The notes below the pieces were generated by a model. That model made no database searches. It was not told the DNA's origin and saw only the letters and a program-made list of their open reading frames with translations. Below are positions 26,455 through 37,809 of a DNA stretch of 64,000 bases, one piece after another (the stretch's first letter is position 1; each line of letters begins with the position of its first letter). A program made the position numbers and the translations under genes. The stretch comes from Vicinamibacterales bacterium (lineage in GTDB: Bacteria; Acidobacteriota; Vicinamibacteria; Vicinamibacterales; 2-12-FULL-66-21), in NCBI GenBank assembly GCA_048594975.1, contig JBMDXQ010000085.1, positions 21,822 through 85,821 on the forward strand, read 5' to 3'.

Positions 26455-27687
26455 ATGTTCCGTCACCCCGATCCTGAGGTCCTCGTCGTCGGCGCGGGGC
26501 CGGTCGGTCTCGTCGCCGCCCTCTTCCTGCAGCGGCACGGGATCCGCGTGGAGATCGTCGACATGCACCAGCGGACGACCCAGCACAGCTACGCGCTCGC
26601 GATCCATCCGCGGACCCTGCGCGTTCTCGACGAGGCGGGACTCTCCGACCGGCTGATCGGCGCGGGGCAGAAGCTGACGAAGGTCGCGTATTACGAAGGG
26701 CGGGAGAGGCGCGCCGAGATCGACTATTCGGCGCTCGCGTCGAAGCATCCGTATCTGCTCGTCGTCCGCCAGAGCGAGCTGGAGAGGGCCGCCGAGCAGG
26801 CGCTGCGCGAGACGAAGGGCAAGGTCCTGTGGGGACACCGCCTCCAGTCGCTCAACGTGGAGGACGAGACGCCCTGGGCGGAAGTGGCGAAGCTCGACCA
26901 GGTCGCAACCGGCTATCCCGTTGCCCGAACGGAGTGGGTCGTCGTGCGAACCGAGACGATCCGGCCGGCCTACGTCATCGGCGCGGATGGGTACGACTCG
27001 GCCGCGCGGCGGATGGCCGGCATCGAAATGGAGGAGCATGGCCGCAGCCAGATCTTCTCCGTGTACGAGATCGAGGCGACGGGGGAGCTTCCCGCCGAAG
27101 TGCGCGTCATGCTCGATCCCGAGTTGACGAGCGTCTACTGGCCCCTCGAGGCGGGGCGATGCCGCTGGGGATTCCAGATCCAGGACGCCTCCGCCCACGA
27201 GGCATCGATGAAGCGGCTCGGGCAGCTGATCGCCGCGAGGGCGCCCTGGTGTGCGGCGCGGCCGACGGACATCTACTGGTCGACGCTCGCGGTCTTCGAG
27301 TCGCGCCTGGCGAAGATCCTCGGCCAGGGGGGCGTCTGGCTTGCCGGCGACGCCGCGCACCAGGCGGCTCCCGTGGGCGTGCACAGCATGAACTCGGGGT
27401 TGGTCGAATCCTGCGAGCTGGCCGCGCGGATGTCGCGCATCCTGCGCGGCGACGGAGCGCCGTCGCTGCTCGTCGAGTTCGCGACCGGGACGCACGATGC
27501 CTGGCAATGGCTCCTCGGCGCCGGCAAGACGGTGCGCCCGCTTCCGCAGGCGGATCCGTGGGTCCGGCGGAACGCGGCGAGGATCCTCGCCTGCATGCCT
27601 GCTTCGGGAAACGACCTCGAACCGCTGCTCGGGCAGATCGGCCTGACGGCCCCGCCGATGGGGCGCGATGCCGGGCTCGGCGCTTGA
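26455..27687 (+). CDS. FAD-dependent monooxygenase (FAD_binding_3 / PHBH-like)
   Basis: VVGAGPVG; IGADG; LAGDAAH...P...GMNxG-like motif; SD GAGGAGG. Confidence 0.88.
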   Translation: MFRHPDPEVLVVGAGPVGLVAALFLQRHGIRVEIVDMHQRTTQHSYALAIHPRTLRVLDEAGLSDRLIGAGQKLTKVAYYEGRERRAEIDYSALASKHPYLLVVRQSELERAAEQALRETKGKVLWGHRLQSLNVEDETPWAEVAKLDQVATGYPVARTEWVVVRTETIRPAYVIGADGYDSAARRMAGIEMEEHGRSQIFSVYEIEATGELPAEVRVMLDPELTSVYWPLEAGRCRWGFQIQDASAHEASMKRLGQLIAARAPWCAARPTDIYWSTLAVFESRLAKILGQGGVWLAGDAAHQAAPVGVHSMNSGLVESCELAARMSRILRGDGAPSLLVEFATGTHDAWQWLLGAGKTVRPLPQADPWVRRNAARILACMPASGNDLEPLLGQIGLTAPPMGRDAGLGA

Positions 27688-27746
27688 CTCCAGCGATGCG
27701 CGATAGTACAAACGGCCACTTTTCACACGCACAGCGGGGAACACGT

Positions 27747-29206
<1,460 letters not shown>

Positions 29207-29207
<1 letters not shown>

Positions 29208-29764
29208 TGGCGCTCCTCGTCAACCAGCTTCCGAAAGGGCCCTCCTACGGAATCCTCGCGGAGTTCGCGACGCCCGCGGACCTCTATCACGCGTGCGAAC
29301 GCGTGCGCGATGCGGGCTTCACGCGCTGGGACGCCCATACGCCGTTCCCCGTGCACGGCCTCGAGAGCGCCATGGGGCTGCGGCGCTCGCCGCTGCCCTG
29401 GATCGTCCTGGTCATGGGACTCACCGGGGCCGCACTCGGGTTCGGCCTGCAGTGGTGGGTTCACGCCATCGCCTACCCGCTCGTGATCAGCGGCAAGCCG
29501 TACTTCTCCTGGCCGGCCTTCATCCCAATCACGTTCGAGGTGGGCGTGCTCTTCGCCGCGCTCGGCGCCGTCTTCGGCATGCTCGGCCTGAACCGGTTAC
29601 CCATGCACTACCATCCGCTCTTCCGATCGAGAGTGTTCGAGCGGGTGACCGACGACGCCTTCTTCATCTCGATCGAGTCGTGGGATCCTAGGTTCGATCC
29701 GGCGGCGACGGGAAAGCTGCTGGAGTCGCTGGGCGCACGCCGCGTCGAGCTGCTGGAGTCCTGA
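29207..29764 (+). CDS. actD: Alternative complex III subunit D, copy 2
   Basis: YGILAEF; DAHTPFPVHG; SGKPYFSWPAFIPITFE. Confidence 0.93.
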
Positions 29765-29765
29765 G

Positions 29766-30980
29766 ATGGTCTCCGAGCGCGATCGCGTCGCGCTGCGACC
29801 CGAACAGGCCACGATCCCGCCGGGGCACTCGTGGAACCGCATGCCGGTCGTCGGCGCCGGCTGCGCCGTGCTCGGCGCGGCGGGCTGCGCGATCCTGGGG
29901 TTCGCCAACCCGCAGCAGTTCTTCTTCTCGTGGCTGGTGTCGTTCCTGTTCTTCCTGAGCCTGGCCCTCGGCGCGCTCTTCTTCGTGCTGATCCAGTACG
30001 CCGCCCAGGGCGGATGGGGCACCGTACTGCGGCGGATCGGGGAAACGACCTTCGCGACGCTTCCGGTGATGGCGGCCCTCTTCCTTCCGTTGCTCCTCGG
30101 GCTGCGCGATCTCTACTCGTGGTCCGCCCCCGGCGCGGCCGAGCACGACGCGCTGCTGCGCTGGAAGGCGCCGTTCCTCAACGTGCCGTTCTTCCTGATC
30201 CGGGCGGCACTCTACTTCGCGTGCTGGTCCTTCATCGCGCTCTTCTACTACCGCGTTTCGCGCCGCCAGGATGCAACGGGCGATCCCGCGCTCTACGGCC
30301 GCCTTCGCCGCCTCGCCGGCCCCGCCATCATCGTCCTCGGCATCACCCAGACGTTCGCCTCGATCGACTGGATCATGTCGCTCACGCCGCACTGGTACTC
30401 GACGATGTTCGGCGTGTATTTCTTTGCCGGCTCCTTCGTCGGGTTCATCGCGCTCCTCTCGGTCGCAGCGGCGGCGATGCGGCGGGCGGGACTGCTCGAC
30501 ACGGTCATCAGCCCCGAGCACCTGCACGACGTGGGAAAGCTCCTCTTCGCGTTCACGGCCTTCTGGGCCTACATCGCCTTCTCGCAGTTCTTCCTCATCT
30601 GGTACGCGAACCTGCCCGAGGAAACGATTTGGTACAAGGCGCGGCTCGAGGGGTCCTGGAAGACCGTCTCGATCCTGCTCATGGCGGGCCACTTCGGCGT
30701 TCCCTTCTTCTATCTGATGGGCCGCGCGGTCAAACGCAGGGGATGGACGCTGGCCGTCGGAGGCGCGTGGCTGCTCGCAATGCACTTCCTGGACCTCTAC
30801 TGGCAGGTGATGCCGACGCTGCATCGCGACGGAGTACGGCCGTCAGCGCTCGACGCGGCCGCGTTGCTCGCCATCGGCGGCTGCTTCGTGGCGGCGGCGA
30901 GCTGGCTGATGCAACGGCAGGCGCTCGTGCCGCTGCGCGACCCGAGGCTCGCGGAATCGATCGCGTTCGAGAACGCCTGA
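29766..30980 (+). CDS. actF: Alternative complex III subunit F, copy 2
   Basis: SIDWIMSLTPHWYSTMFG; HDVGKLLFAF...SQFFLIWYANLPEE. Confidence 0.92.
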   Translation: MVSERDRVALRPEQATIPPGHSWNRMPVVGAGCAVLGAAGCAILGFANPQQFFFSWLVSFLFFLSLALGALFFVLIQYAAQGGWGTVLRRIGETTFATLPVMAALFLPLLLGLRDLYSWSAPGAAEHDALLRWKAPFLNVPFFLIRAALYFACWSFIALFYYRVSRRQDATGDPALYGRLRRLAGPAIIVLGITQTFASIDWIMSLTPHWYSTMFGVYFFAGSFVGFIALLSVAAAAMRRAGLLDTVISPEHLHDVGKLLFAFTAFWAYIAFSQFFLIWYANLPEETIWYKARLEGSWKTVSILLMAGHFGVPFFYLMGRAVKRRGWTLAVGGAWLLAMHFLDLYWQVMPTLHRDGVRPSALDAAALLAIGGCFVAAASWLMQRQALVPLRDPRLAESIAFENA

Positions 30981-31149
30981 GGTCGGACGGCCTCGCTGTC
31001 GTCGCGTCAGGCCGTCACGCGCGGCGGCGGGTTGTCCCGACTGTCGCGTCCGGTGTAGAGTTCGCTCGGAATCGAGCTCCCTGCGGCGACCGCCCGCGTC
31101 GAGGGCCGCCGGAGGCAGCGTCTGCAACGAAGAAGGAGGCAGGGGGACG

Positions 31150-31896
31150 ATGAGGAAGGCGACGAGGATGCGCAGGGCGGTGGAGCGGTTGTGCCTGGCG
31201 GCCGTGGTGGCCGCGGCGGCGATGTGGCCCGGGGTGGCTTTCGCCGCATCATCGATAACTGGAACCGTCACGTTCGCTGGGAAAGTCCCCAATCTCCCGG
31301 CGCTCGCCATGAACGCCGACCCCGCGTGCGCCAAGAAGCACCCGAAGCCCGTGCTGAGCGAGATGCTGGTCCTCGGCAGCAACAACAGCATGGGGAACAT
31401 CATGGTCTGGGTCTCCAAGGGGCTCCCGGCCGGGAAGACCTGGCCCGCTCCCAAGAATCCTGTGACTCTCGATCAGGTGGGCTGCGTGTACAAGCCGCAC
31501 GTGATGGGGATCATGGTCGGCCAGGCCTACAGGATCCTCAACTCCGACGGCATCCTGCACAACGTTCACGCGCTTCCCAAGATCAACCCGCAGTTCAACC
31601 GGGCGATGCCGCCGACACTCAAGGAGGCAAGCGCCAAGTTCGACAAGCCGGAGGACATCTTCCAGATCAAGTGCGACGTGCACCCGTGGATGAGCGCCTA
31701 CGTCGGCGTCTTCACCCATCCCTTCTTCTCGGTCACGAGCACCGACGGGAAGTTCACCATCTCCGGCCTCGAGCCCGGGACCTACGAGATCACCGCCTGG
31801 CACGAGCGGCTGGGGAGGCAGACCGCCTCGGTCACGGTCGGCGCCAACGAGACGAAGACCCAGAACTTCAAGTTCACCACGCCCGCCGCGAAGTAG
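31150..31896 (+). CDS. Secreted cupredoxin-like / carboxypeptidase-regulatory-like domain protein
   Basis: Signal peptide AFA; GCVYKPHV; HNVH; KCDVHPWM; DGKFTISGLEPGTY. Confidence 0.8.
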   Translation: MRKATRMRRAVERLCLAAVVAAAAMWPGVAFAASSITGTVTFAGKVPNLPALAMNADPACAKKHPKPVLSEMLVLGSNNSMGNIMVWVSKGLPAGKTWPAPKNPVTLDQVGCVYKPHVMGIMVGQAYRILNSDGILHNVHALPKINPQFNRAMPPTLKEASAKFDKPEDIFQIKCDVHPWMSAYVGVFTHPFFSVTSTDGKFTISGLEPGTYEITAWHERLGRQTASVTVGANETKTQNFKFTTPAAK

Positions 31897-31915
31897 CGAT
31901 CCGGAGGGAAGCCGC

Positions 31916-33679
31916 ATGACCGACCCGGCAGGCGCCGTCGCACCCAGGCCGCACGTCGCGCCCGAAGTCCATCACGAGGAGCTGGGCTTCTGGCGCAAGT
32001 ACGTGTTCTCCACCGACCACAAGATCATCGGCATCCAGTACGCCGTCACGGGACTGCTGTTCCTGCTCTTCGGCTTTTCGCTGATGATGCTGATGCGGTG
32101 GCAGCTCGCGTATCCAGGCATCGCGCTGCCGCTGATCGGCAACCTTTTCGGCGACGCGCGCATGCCCGGCGGGACGATGCTCCCCGAGTTCTACAACGAG
32201 CTCGGGGCAATGCACGGCACCATCATGGTCTTCCTCGGCGTCGTACCGCTCGCCGTCGGAGGCTTCGGGAACTTCGTCCTGCCGCTCCAGATCGGCGCGC
32301 CTGACATGGCCTTCCCCCGGCTCAACATGGCGAGCTACTGGTCCTTCTTCCTCGGCGGCGTCACCATGCTCGCGAGCTTCTTGGTGCCGGGCGGCGCGGC
32401 GCAGTCCGGCTGGACGTCCTATTCGCCGCTCGCCAACCTCGCGGGAATGGGCCAGACGATGTGGATAATCGGAATGATCTTCCTGATCACGTCGTCGCTG
32501 CTGGGGGCGATCAACTTCATCACGACGACGATCCAGCTCCGCGCCAGGGGGCTCACCTGGTTCCGGTTCCCGTTCTTCGTGTGGGCCCAGTTCGTCACAT
32601 CGTTCCTCCTGCTGCTGGCCTTTCCGCCGCTCGAGGCCGCGGCGGTCATGCAGCTCATGGATCGCGTGGCCGGCACGAGCTTCTTCCTCCCCAGCGGCCT
32701 GGTCGTCAGCGGCCAGGCCCTCACCGTCGCCGGCGGCGGCAACCCACTCCTCTGGCAGCACCTGTTCTGGTTCCTGGCGCACCCGGAAGTCTACGTCCTG
32801 ATCCTGCCGGGCATGGGCATCGTCGCGGAGATTATCGCGAACAACACGCGCAAGCCGCTGTGGGGCTACCGTGCGATGGTCTACTCGATTCTCTTCCTCG
32901 GCTTCATGTCGTTCATCGTCTGGGCGCACCACATGTTCATGACCGGCATGGGGACGGCGATGGCGGCGTTCTTCCAGACGACGACCATGATCATCTCGAT
33001 TCCGTCGGTCGTCATCCTGACGGCGCTGATCATCTCCCTCTGGGGCGGATCGATACGGTTCACGACGCCGATGCTCTTCGCGCTCGGCTTCCTCCCGATG
33101 TTCGGCATCGGCGGGCTGACGGGGCTTCCGCTCGGCCTGAACATCACGGACATCCCGCTGCACGACACCTACTACGTCATCGGCCATTTCCACTACGTCG
33201 TCGCGCCGGGGACGATCTTCGCGCTGTTCGCGGGGATGTACTACTGGTTCCCGAAGGCAACCGGGCGGAAGATGAACGAGACGCTCGGTAAGATCCACTT
33301 CTTCGGCTCGTTCGTCTGCATGAACGTCATCTTCATGCCGATGTTCATGCTGGGCCTGGCCGGCGTCTCGCGGCGGCTGTTCGACGGCGGCGCGAGCTAC
33401 GCGTTCGCGCAGCCGGTCCTTCACCTGAACGTCGTCTCCTCCTGGGGCGCGTGGATTCTCGCGGTCTTCCAGATTCCCTTCATCTTCAATTTCTTCTGGA
33501 GCATCTGGAAGGGAGCGAAGGTGGGGGACAACCCGTGGGAGGCCACGACCATCGAGTGGGCGGCGCCGTCGCCGCCGCCACATGGCAATTTCCGCGTGGC
33601 GCCGGAAGCGCACCGCGGACCGTACGAATACAGTGTCCCCGGCGCGCCGAAGGACTTCGTGCCGCAGTTCGAGGCCTGA
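31916..33679 (+). CDS. coxA: Cytochrome c oxidase subunit I, A1 type, copy 2
   Basis: AMHG, WFLAHPEVY (Glu = A1 type), WAHH, GHFHY. Confidence 0.96.
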   Translation: MTDPAGAVAPRPHVAPEVHHEELGFWRKYVFSTDHKIIGIQYAVTGLLFLLFGFSLMMLMRWQLAYPGIALPLIGNLFGDARMPGGTMLPEFYNELGAMHGTIMVFLGVVPLAVGGFGNFVLPLQIGAPDMAFPRLNMASYWSFFLGGVTMLASFLVPGGAAQSGWTSYSPLANLAGMGQTMWIIGMIFLITSSLLGAINFITTTIQLRARGLTWFRFPFFVWAQFVTSFLLLLAFPPLEAAAVMQLMDRVAGTSFFLPSGLVVSGQALTVAGGGNPLLWQHLFWFLAHPEVYVLILPGMGIVAEIIANNTRKPLWGYRAMVYSILFLGFMSFIVWAHHMFMTGMGTAMAAFFQTTTMIISIPSVVILTALIISLWGGSIRFTTPMLFALGFLPMFGIGGLTGLPLGLNITDIPLHDTYYVIGHFHYVVAPGTIFALFAGMYYWFPKATGRKMNETLGKIHFFGSFVCMNVIFMPMFMLGLAGVSRRLFDGGASYAFAQPVLHLNVVSSWGAWILAVFQIPFIFNFFWSIWKGAKVGDNPWEATTIEWAAPSPPPHGNFRVAPEAHRGPYEYSVPGAPKDFVPQFEA

Positions 33680-33685
33680 GTCGAG

Positions 33686-34276
33686 ATGGAGATTCCCTAT
33701 ACCGTCGAGATTCGCCGCGACACGGGGCTGACAAACGGCAAGATCGGCATCTGGCTGTTCCTGGCGTCGGAGGTCATGCTGTTCGGGGCGCTCTTCGCGA
33801 GCTACATCCTGATCCGCACAGGGGCGATGAGCTGGCCGCGGGGTGATACGATTCTGAACGTCCCGCTCGCCACCTTCAACACGATCGTCCTAATCTCGTC
33901 GTCGGTCACGATGGTCATGGCCTGGGCGTCGCTCATGCGCGGCCGCTTCGGGACGTTCCGGATCTACATGGGGGGCACGATCCTGCTCGGGCTCGTCTTC
34001 CTCATCGTCAAGTACTTCGAGTACGGTCACAAGTTCCACGACGGGCTGTTTCCCAGCACGAACAACTTCCTCGCCATCTACTTCACGCTGACCGGGCTGC
34101 ACATGCTCCACGTGTTCGGCGGGATGGTGGTGAATGCCTATCTCTGGGCCACGGGCGCGAAGCTGTGGAGGACGAACCCGGTGTGGTTTACCAACCGGGT
34201 GGAGAACTCAGGGCTCTTCTGGCATTTCGTGGACCTGGTCTGGATCTTCCTCTTCCCGACCCTGTATCTCCTGTAG
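33686..34276 (+). CDS. coxC: Cytochrome c oxidase subunit III, copy 2
   Basis: GIWLFLASEVMLF; LTGLHMLH; GLFWHFVDLVW. Confidence 0.94.
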   Translation: MEIPYTVEIRRDTGLTNGKIGIWLFLASEVMLFGALFASYILIRTGAMSWPRGDTILNVPLATFNTIVLISSSVTMVMAWASLMRGRFGTFRIYMGGTILLGLVFLIVKYFEYGHKFHDGLFPSTNNFLAIYFTLTGLHMLHVFGGMVVNAYLWATGAKLWRTNPVWFTNRVENSGLFWHFVDLVWIFLFPTLYLL

Positions 34277-34285
34277 GCGGCATCG

Positions 34286-34618
34286 ATGACGATGGATCAC
34301 GCAGCCGATCGCGCAGCGGATCACGCGGCCGACATCGACCGGCACGTCAGGATCTACATCACCGTCTTCGTGGCGCTGATGGCCCTGACCATCATCACGG
34401 TGGGGATCTCGTACCTCCACCTGCCCGTGCCGATCGCCATCAGCGTGGCGCTGCTCGTCGCGACGATCAAGGGATCGCTCGTGGCGTGCTACTTCATGCA
34501 CCTGATCTCCGAGAAGAAGCTGATCTACGCGGTCCTCGTGCTGACCGCCGTGTTCTTCGCCGCGCTGCTGGCGCTGCCCGCCTTTACGGACAGCAACAGC
34601 TACGGGTTCTACGAATGA
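34286..34618 (+). CDS. Cytochrome c oxidase subunit IV, copy 2
   Basis: VATIKGSLVACYFMHL motif; three TMs. Confidence 0.86.
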   Translation: MTMDHAADRAADHAADIDRHVRIYITVFVALMALTIITVGISYLHLPVPIAISVALLVATIKGSLVACYFMHLISEKKLIYAVLVLTAVFFAALLALPAFTDSNSYGFYE

Positions 34619-34815
34619 ACCTCCGATGGTTCCATGCGCTGCTGATCCTCCTGTCCGCGGCCCTCGCCGTGCTGTTCGGCATCTGGTGCCTCGAGTTGTA
34701 CGGACGGGAGGACGGGGCCGCGACGCTGCTCGCGGCCATCGCGGCGTTCGCGGTGTCGCTCGGCCTGGTCATCTACGACTCGTGGTTCCTGCGCAAGACG
34801 AGGACACTGCGATGA
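34615..34815 (+). CDS. Small two-TM protein
   Basis: MNLRWFHALLI...; ATGA overlaps with the genes on both sides. Confidence 0.75.
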   Translation: MNLRWFHALLILLSAALAVLFGIWCLELYGREDGAATLLAAIAAFAVSLGLVIYDSWFLRKTRTLR

Positions 34816-35207
34816 AAGCGCCTGCGGCACGCGCGAGGCGCTGGAAGGAAGCCCGGCGAAGCCGGGCCGCCGAGCGCGACGCGAGCTGGGGTGGGGCCCG
34901 GCGAGCACCAAGAAATGCCGGCTCGTCAGCGCGCCTCAGGATCGGGCGCGCGCTCGTCACGACGGCGACGGCCCTGGTGATCGGCGGCAGTTCGAGCGTC
35001 CTCGCGTGTCCCATGTGCTTCGGCGCGGAGGAGACCTCGATGATCGACGCGACGAAGCTCGGCATCGTGGTCATGCTGGCCATCACGCTTGCGGTCCAGG
35101 GCGGGTTCCTGGCCTTCTTCCTCTATCTCCGCAAGCGCGCGAAGCAGAACGCGGAACTCGAGCTCGACACCGAGTGGTCGAAGCTCCAGAGATCACGGAC
35201 ATGTTGA
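34812..35207 (+). CDS. Small CPxC + TM protein, N-terminus extended by a repeat
   Basis: VLA-CPMCFG then a TM; overlaps the coxB start. Confidence 0.7.
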   Translation: MKAPAARARRWKEARRSRAAERDASWGGARRAPRNAGSSARLRIGRALVTTATALVIGGSSSVLACPMCFGAEETSMIDATKLGIVVMLAITLAVQGGFLAFFLYLRKRAKQNAELELDTEWSKLQRSRTC

Positions 35208-36007
35208 GCAACTGGTTGGGACTCCCGGCGCTCGCCGCGACGCACGGCGGACAGATCGACAGCCTGGTCGCGTGGATTCACGTGTTCATGTTCGTCCTCT
35301 TCGTCGGCTGGGGAGGGTTCTTCGTCTACACCCTGGTTCGCTTCCGGCAGTCGCGCAATCCGGTTGCGAACTACACGGGCGTCAAGTCGCACGCGTCGAA
35401 CTACTCCGAGATCGCCGTGGCAGTGGTCGAAGGGATTCTCCTGATCGGATTCGCGATCCCGCTCTGGGCGGCGAGAGTCGGCGACATCCCTCCGGAGAGC
35501 GAGGCGCTCGTCGTGCAGGTGACCGGCGAGCAGTTCGCGTGGAACGTCCGCTACGCCGGCCCCGACGGGACGTTCGGCCGCACGGACATCAAGCTGATCG
35601 ACGTCCAGTCGAACCCGCTCGGACTCGATCAGTCCGATCCCGCCGCGAAGGACGACCTGACGACCCTCAATCAGCTGTATCTGCCCGCGAACAAGCCGAT
35701 CATCGTAAAGCTCAGGAGCAAGGACGTCATTCACAGCTTCAACGTGCCGGAGTTTCGCGTGAAGCAGGACGCCATCCCCGGCTACACCATCCCCATCTGG
35801 TTCGTCCCCAACGTCACGACCGCGGAGATGCGGGCACGAACGGGCAATCCCGAATTCCAGTACGAGATCGCCTGTGCACAGCTCTGCGGTCTGGGGCACT
35901 ACCGGATGCGGGGCTATGTGACGGTCCTGAGTACCGACGAATTCCAGAAGTGGATGGATGACGAGCAGGCCAAGCTCAAGGAGCAGGCCGGCGACATCTG
36001 GAAGTAG
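35201..36007 (+). CDS. coxB: Cytochrome c oxidase subunit II, copy 2 (no fused cytochrome c)
   Basis: GEQFAW; DVIHSF; CAQLCGLGHYRM CuA motif. Confidence 0.93.
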   Translation: MLSNWLGLPALAATHGGQIDSLVAWIHVFMFVLFVGWGGFFVYTLVRFRQSRNPVANYTGVKSHASNYSEIAVAVVEGILLIGFAIPLWAARVGDIPPESEALVVQVTGEQFAWNVRYAGPDGTFGRTDIKLIDVQSNPLGLDQSDPAAKDDLTTLNQLYLPANKPIIVKLRSKDVIHSFNVPEFRVKQDAIPGYTIPIWFVPNVTTAEMRARTGNPEFQYEIACAQLCGLGHYRMRGYVTVLSTDEFQKWMDDEQAKLKEQAGDIWK

Positions 36008-36022
36008 AGCTGCCGGCGTGCG

Positions 36023-36232
36023 TTAGTGCCGCAATCCCCGCGCCTCGTCGATCCCCGGCTTCGTGAGGCGAGCGCCCACATCAGGTCCGATATCGCTGTG
36101 GCCACGCGGCTTGAACCACGTGAACCACGTGTGCCCGTGCGCCTTGCCGCGGCGCACTTCAAAGACGAGGTACGGCACGAGGATCAACAGAAACAACCCG
36201 ACTCCCAGCAAGAGTCCGGTGGTGAGGTCCAT
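36023..36232 (-). CDS. Small single-TM protein
   Basis: SD GGAGGT before the ATG; hydrophobic N-terminus MDLTTGLLLGVGLFLLILVPYLVF. Confidence 0.65.
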   Translation of the reverse strand: MDLTTGLLLGVGLFLLILVPYLVFEVRRGKAHGHTWFTWFKPRGHSDIGPDVGARLTKPGIDEARGLRH

Positions 36233-36321
36233 CGTCTTTTACCTCCGCGGGATCCCAGCGGGCAATCTGAGAGCCATACGGGCCACGCCGTTGGGTTGCC
36301 ACAGTTGAGGCACTGGCAGAT

Positions 36322-37725
36322 CTAGCCGAACATCTTCGGCGTCGGCATCCGCGCGCGGATGCGCTCCAGCTCCTCGACCGTAACTCGGCTGATGCCGTTC
36401 TTGCGGCAGGACTCCTCGACAGCCTTGACGACCATCCCCCGAACGAATGCCGGAATCCTCTTCATCCGCTCGGCCGCCTCATCGTCCCACGCGATCGTCT
36501 TGCGCGATTCCACGCCGTACTCGATGGCGGGAGCCCCCGTCCTCCCTGCCGCGCCTTGGACGGCGAGAACGGGAGAACCGGCGAACTTCCCGGGGGTGTG
36601 CGTGCACAGCGGATCTTCGGCCATCAGGTCGCCGGTCATGCCGTAAGCGCGGGCGCGGCAGCCCCCGCAGTGGGCGTTCATCTCGCACGCCCCGCACCGA
36701 CCGCCGAGCGAGCCGCGGCGGCGAACGTCGGTGAACAGTCGAGAGGAGGTCCACAGGTCCGCCAGCGACGCGCTGCGAAGCGATCCTGCGAACACCGGCA
36801 GGTAGGGGCACGGCGTCACATCCCCATTCGGCCGGATTCCCATGTAGTGCGTTCCCGCCGGACACCCGCCGGCGCCGCCGGAGTAGGTCCTTATCGGCGA
36901 CGACCCGGGCCACGGCGACGAACGCGTCGACCCAGCATCCGTCGTGATCGGATCTGTCCCGACCGCTGAATTCTCCAGAACGGTCTTGATGTAGTGCGGG
37001 GCGCACTTCGCGTTCACGAGCATCCGGCGGTCGTACTTCCGCTGGATCCGGTAGAGAGAGGCGAGGACCTCGTCGTACTGCGCCGGGCTCATGTCGGACA
37101 CGAACTGCCCGCGCCCCGTGGGCACCAGGAAGTAGAGGTTCCAGACCTTCGCCGCCAGGCGCTCGTGGGCGAAATCGGCGATCGCCTCGAGCTCGCCGAG
37201 ATTGTGGGAGCCCGCGGTGGTCTGCACGATGAAGGGCAGCCCGGTCCGGTTCAGGATCTCCGCGCCGTCGACCGTGTTCTGCCAGGCGCCCCGCACCCGG
37301 CGAAAGCGGTCGTGACGCTCGGGATCGAGCGCGTCGAGGGAGAGCGAGAGCCCCCGCGCCCCGGCCTCTGCCAGGCGCGCGGCCACGTGCTCGGTGATGC
37401 GCACGCCGTTGGTGCCGACGACGACCCAGAGTCCACGCTCCGCGGCACGCCGGACGATCTCGAGAATGTCGCGCCGCAGGAGCGGCTCGCCTCCGGTCAG
37501 GATGGTCATGCACTCGGGCGCGAACGCGGCGATTTCGTCGATGACCCTGAAACAGTCGTCGGTGCCGAGCTCGCTGCGATCGGCGAAGTTCTCCGTGCCG
37601 ACCATCGGCGTGCCGCCGGCGTCGAGATAGCAGTGCTCGCAGGCGAGGTTGCAGCGGTAGGTGAGGTTCCAGGAGATCACGTAGGGGCGGGCGAAGGGCG
37701 TCGCGCCGCTCCGCGGGGTGCTCAT
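36322..37725 (-). CDS. Radical SAM/SPASM protein (AhbD/NirJ-like) with a C-terminal PCP_red-like domain
   Basis: WNLTYRCNLACEHCY; TGGEP; CAPHY; CPAG...PCPY...CGAC...CGGCRARAY...DPLC; tail WDDEAAERMKRIPAFVRGMV. Confidence 0.88.
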   Translation of the reverse strand: MSTPRSGATPFARPYVISWNLTYRCNLACEHCYLDAGGTPMVGTENFADRSELGTDDCFRVIDEIAAFAPECMTILTGGEPLLRRDILEIVRRAAERGLWVVVGTNGVRITEHVAARLAEAGARGLSLSLDALDPERHDRFRRVRGAWQNTVDGAEILNRTGLPFIVQTTAGSHNLGELEAIADFAHERLAAKVWNLYFLVPTGRGQFVSDMSPAQYDEVLASLYRIQRKYDRRMLVNAKCAPHYIKTVLENSAVGTDPITTDAGSTRSSPWPGSSPIRTYSGGAGGCPAGTHYMGIRPNGDVTPCPYLPVFAGSLRSASLADLWTSSRLFTDVRRRGSLGGRCGACEMNAHCGGCRARAYGMTGDLMAEDPLCTHTPGKFAGSPVLAVQGAAGRTGAPAIEYGVESRKTIAWDDEAAERMKRIPAFVRGMVVKAVEESCRKNGISRVTVEELERIRARMPTPKMFG

Positions 37726-37809
37726 CTCGGAGACATCCACCGATCCAACCTCCAGCGGCCCCCTGTTCAACTCCCGATTGCCGACTCGCACAACTAAACG
37801 CTGTCGCGC

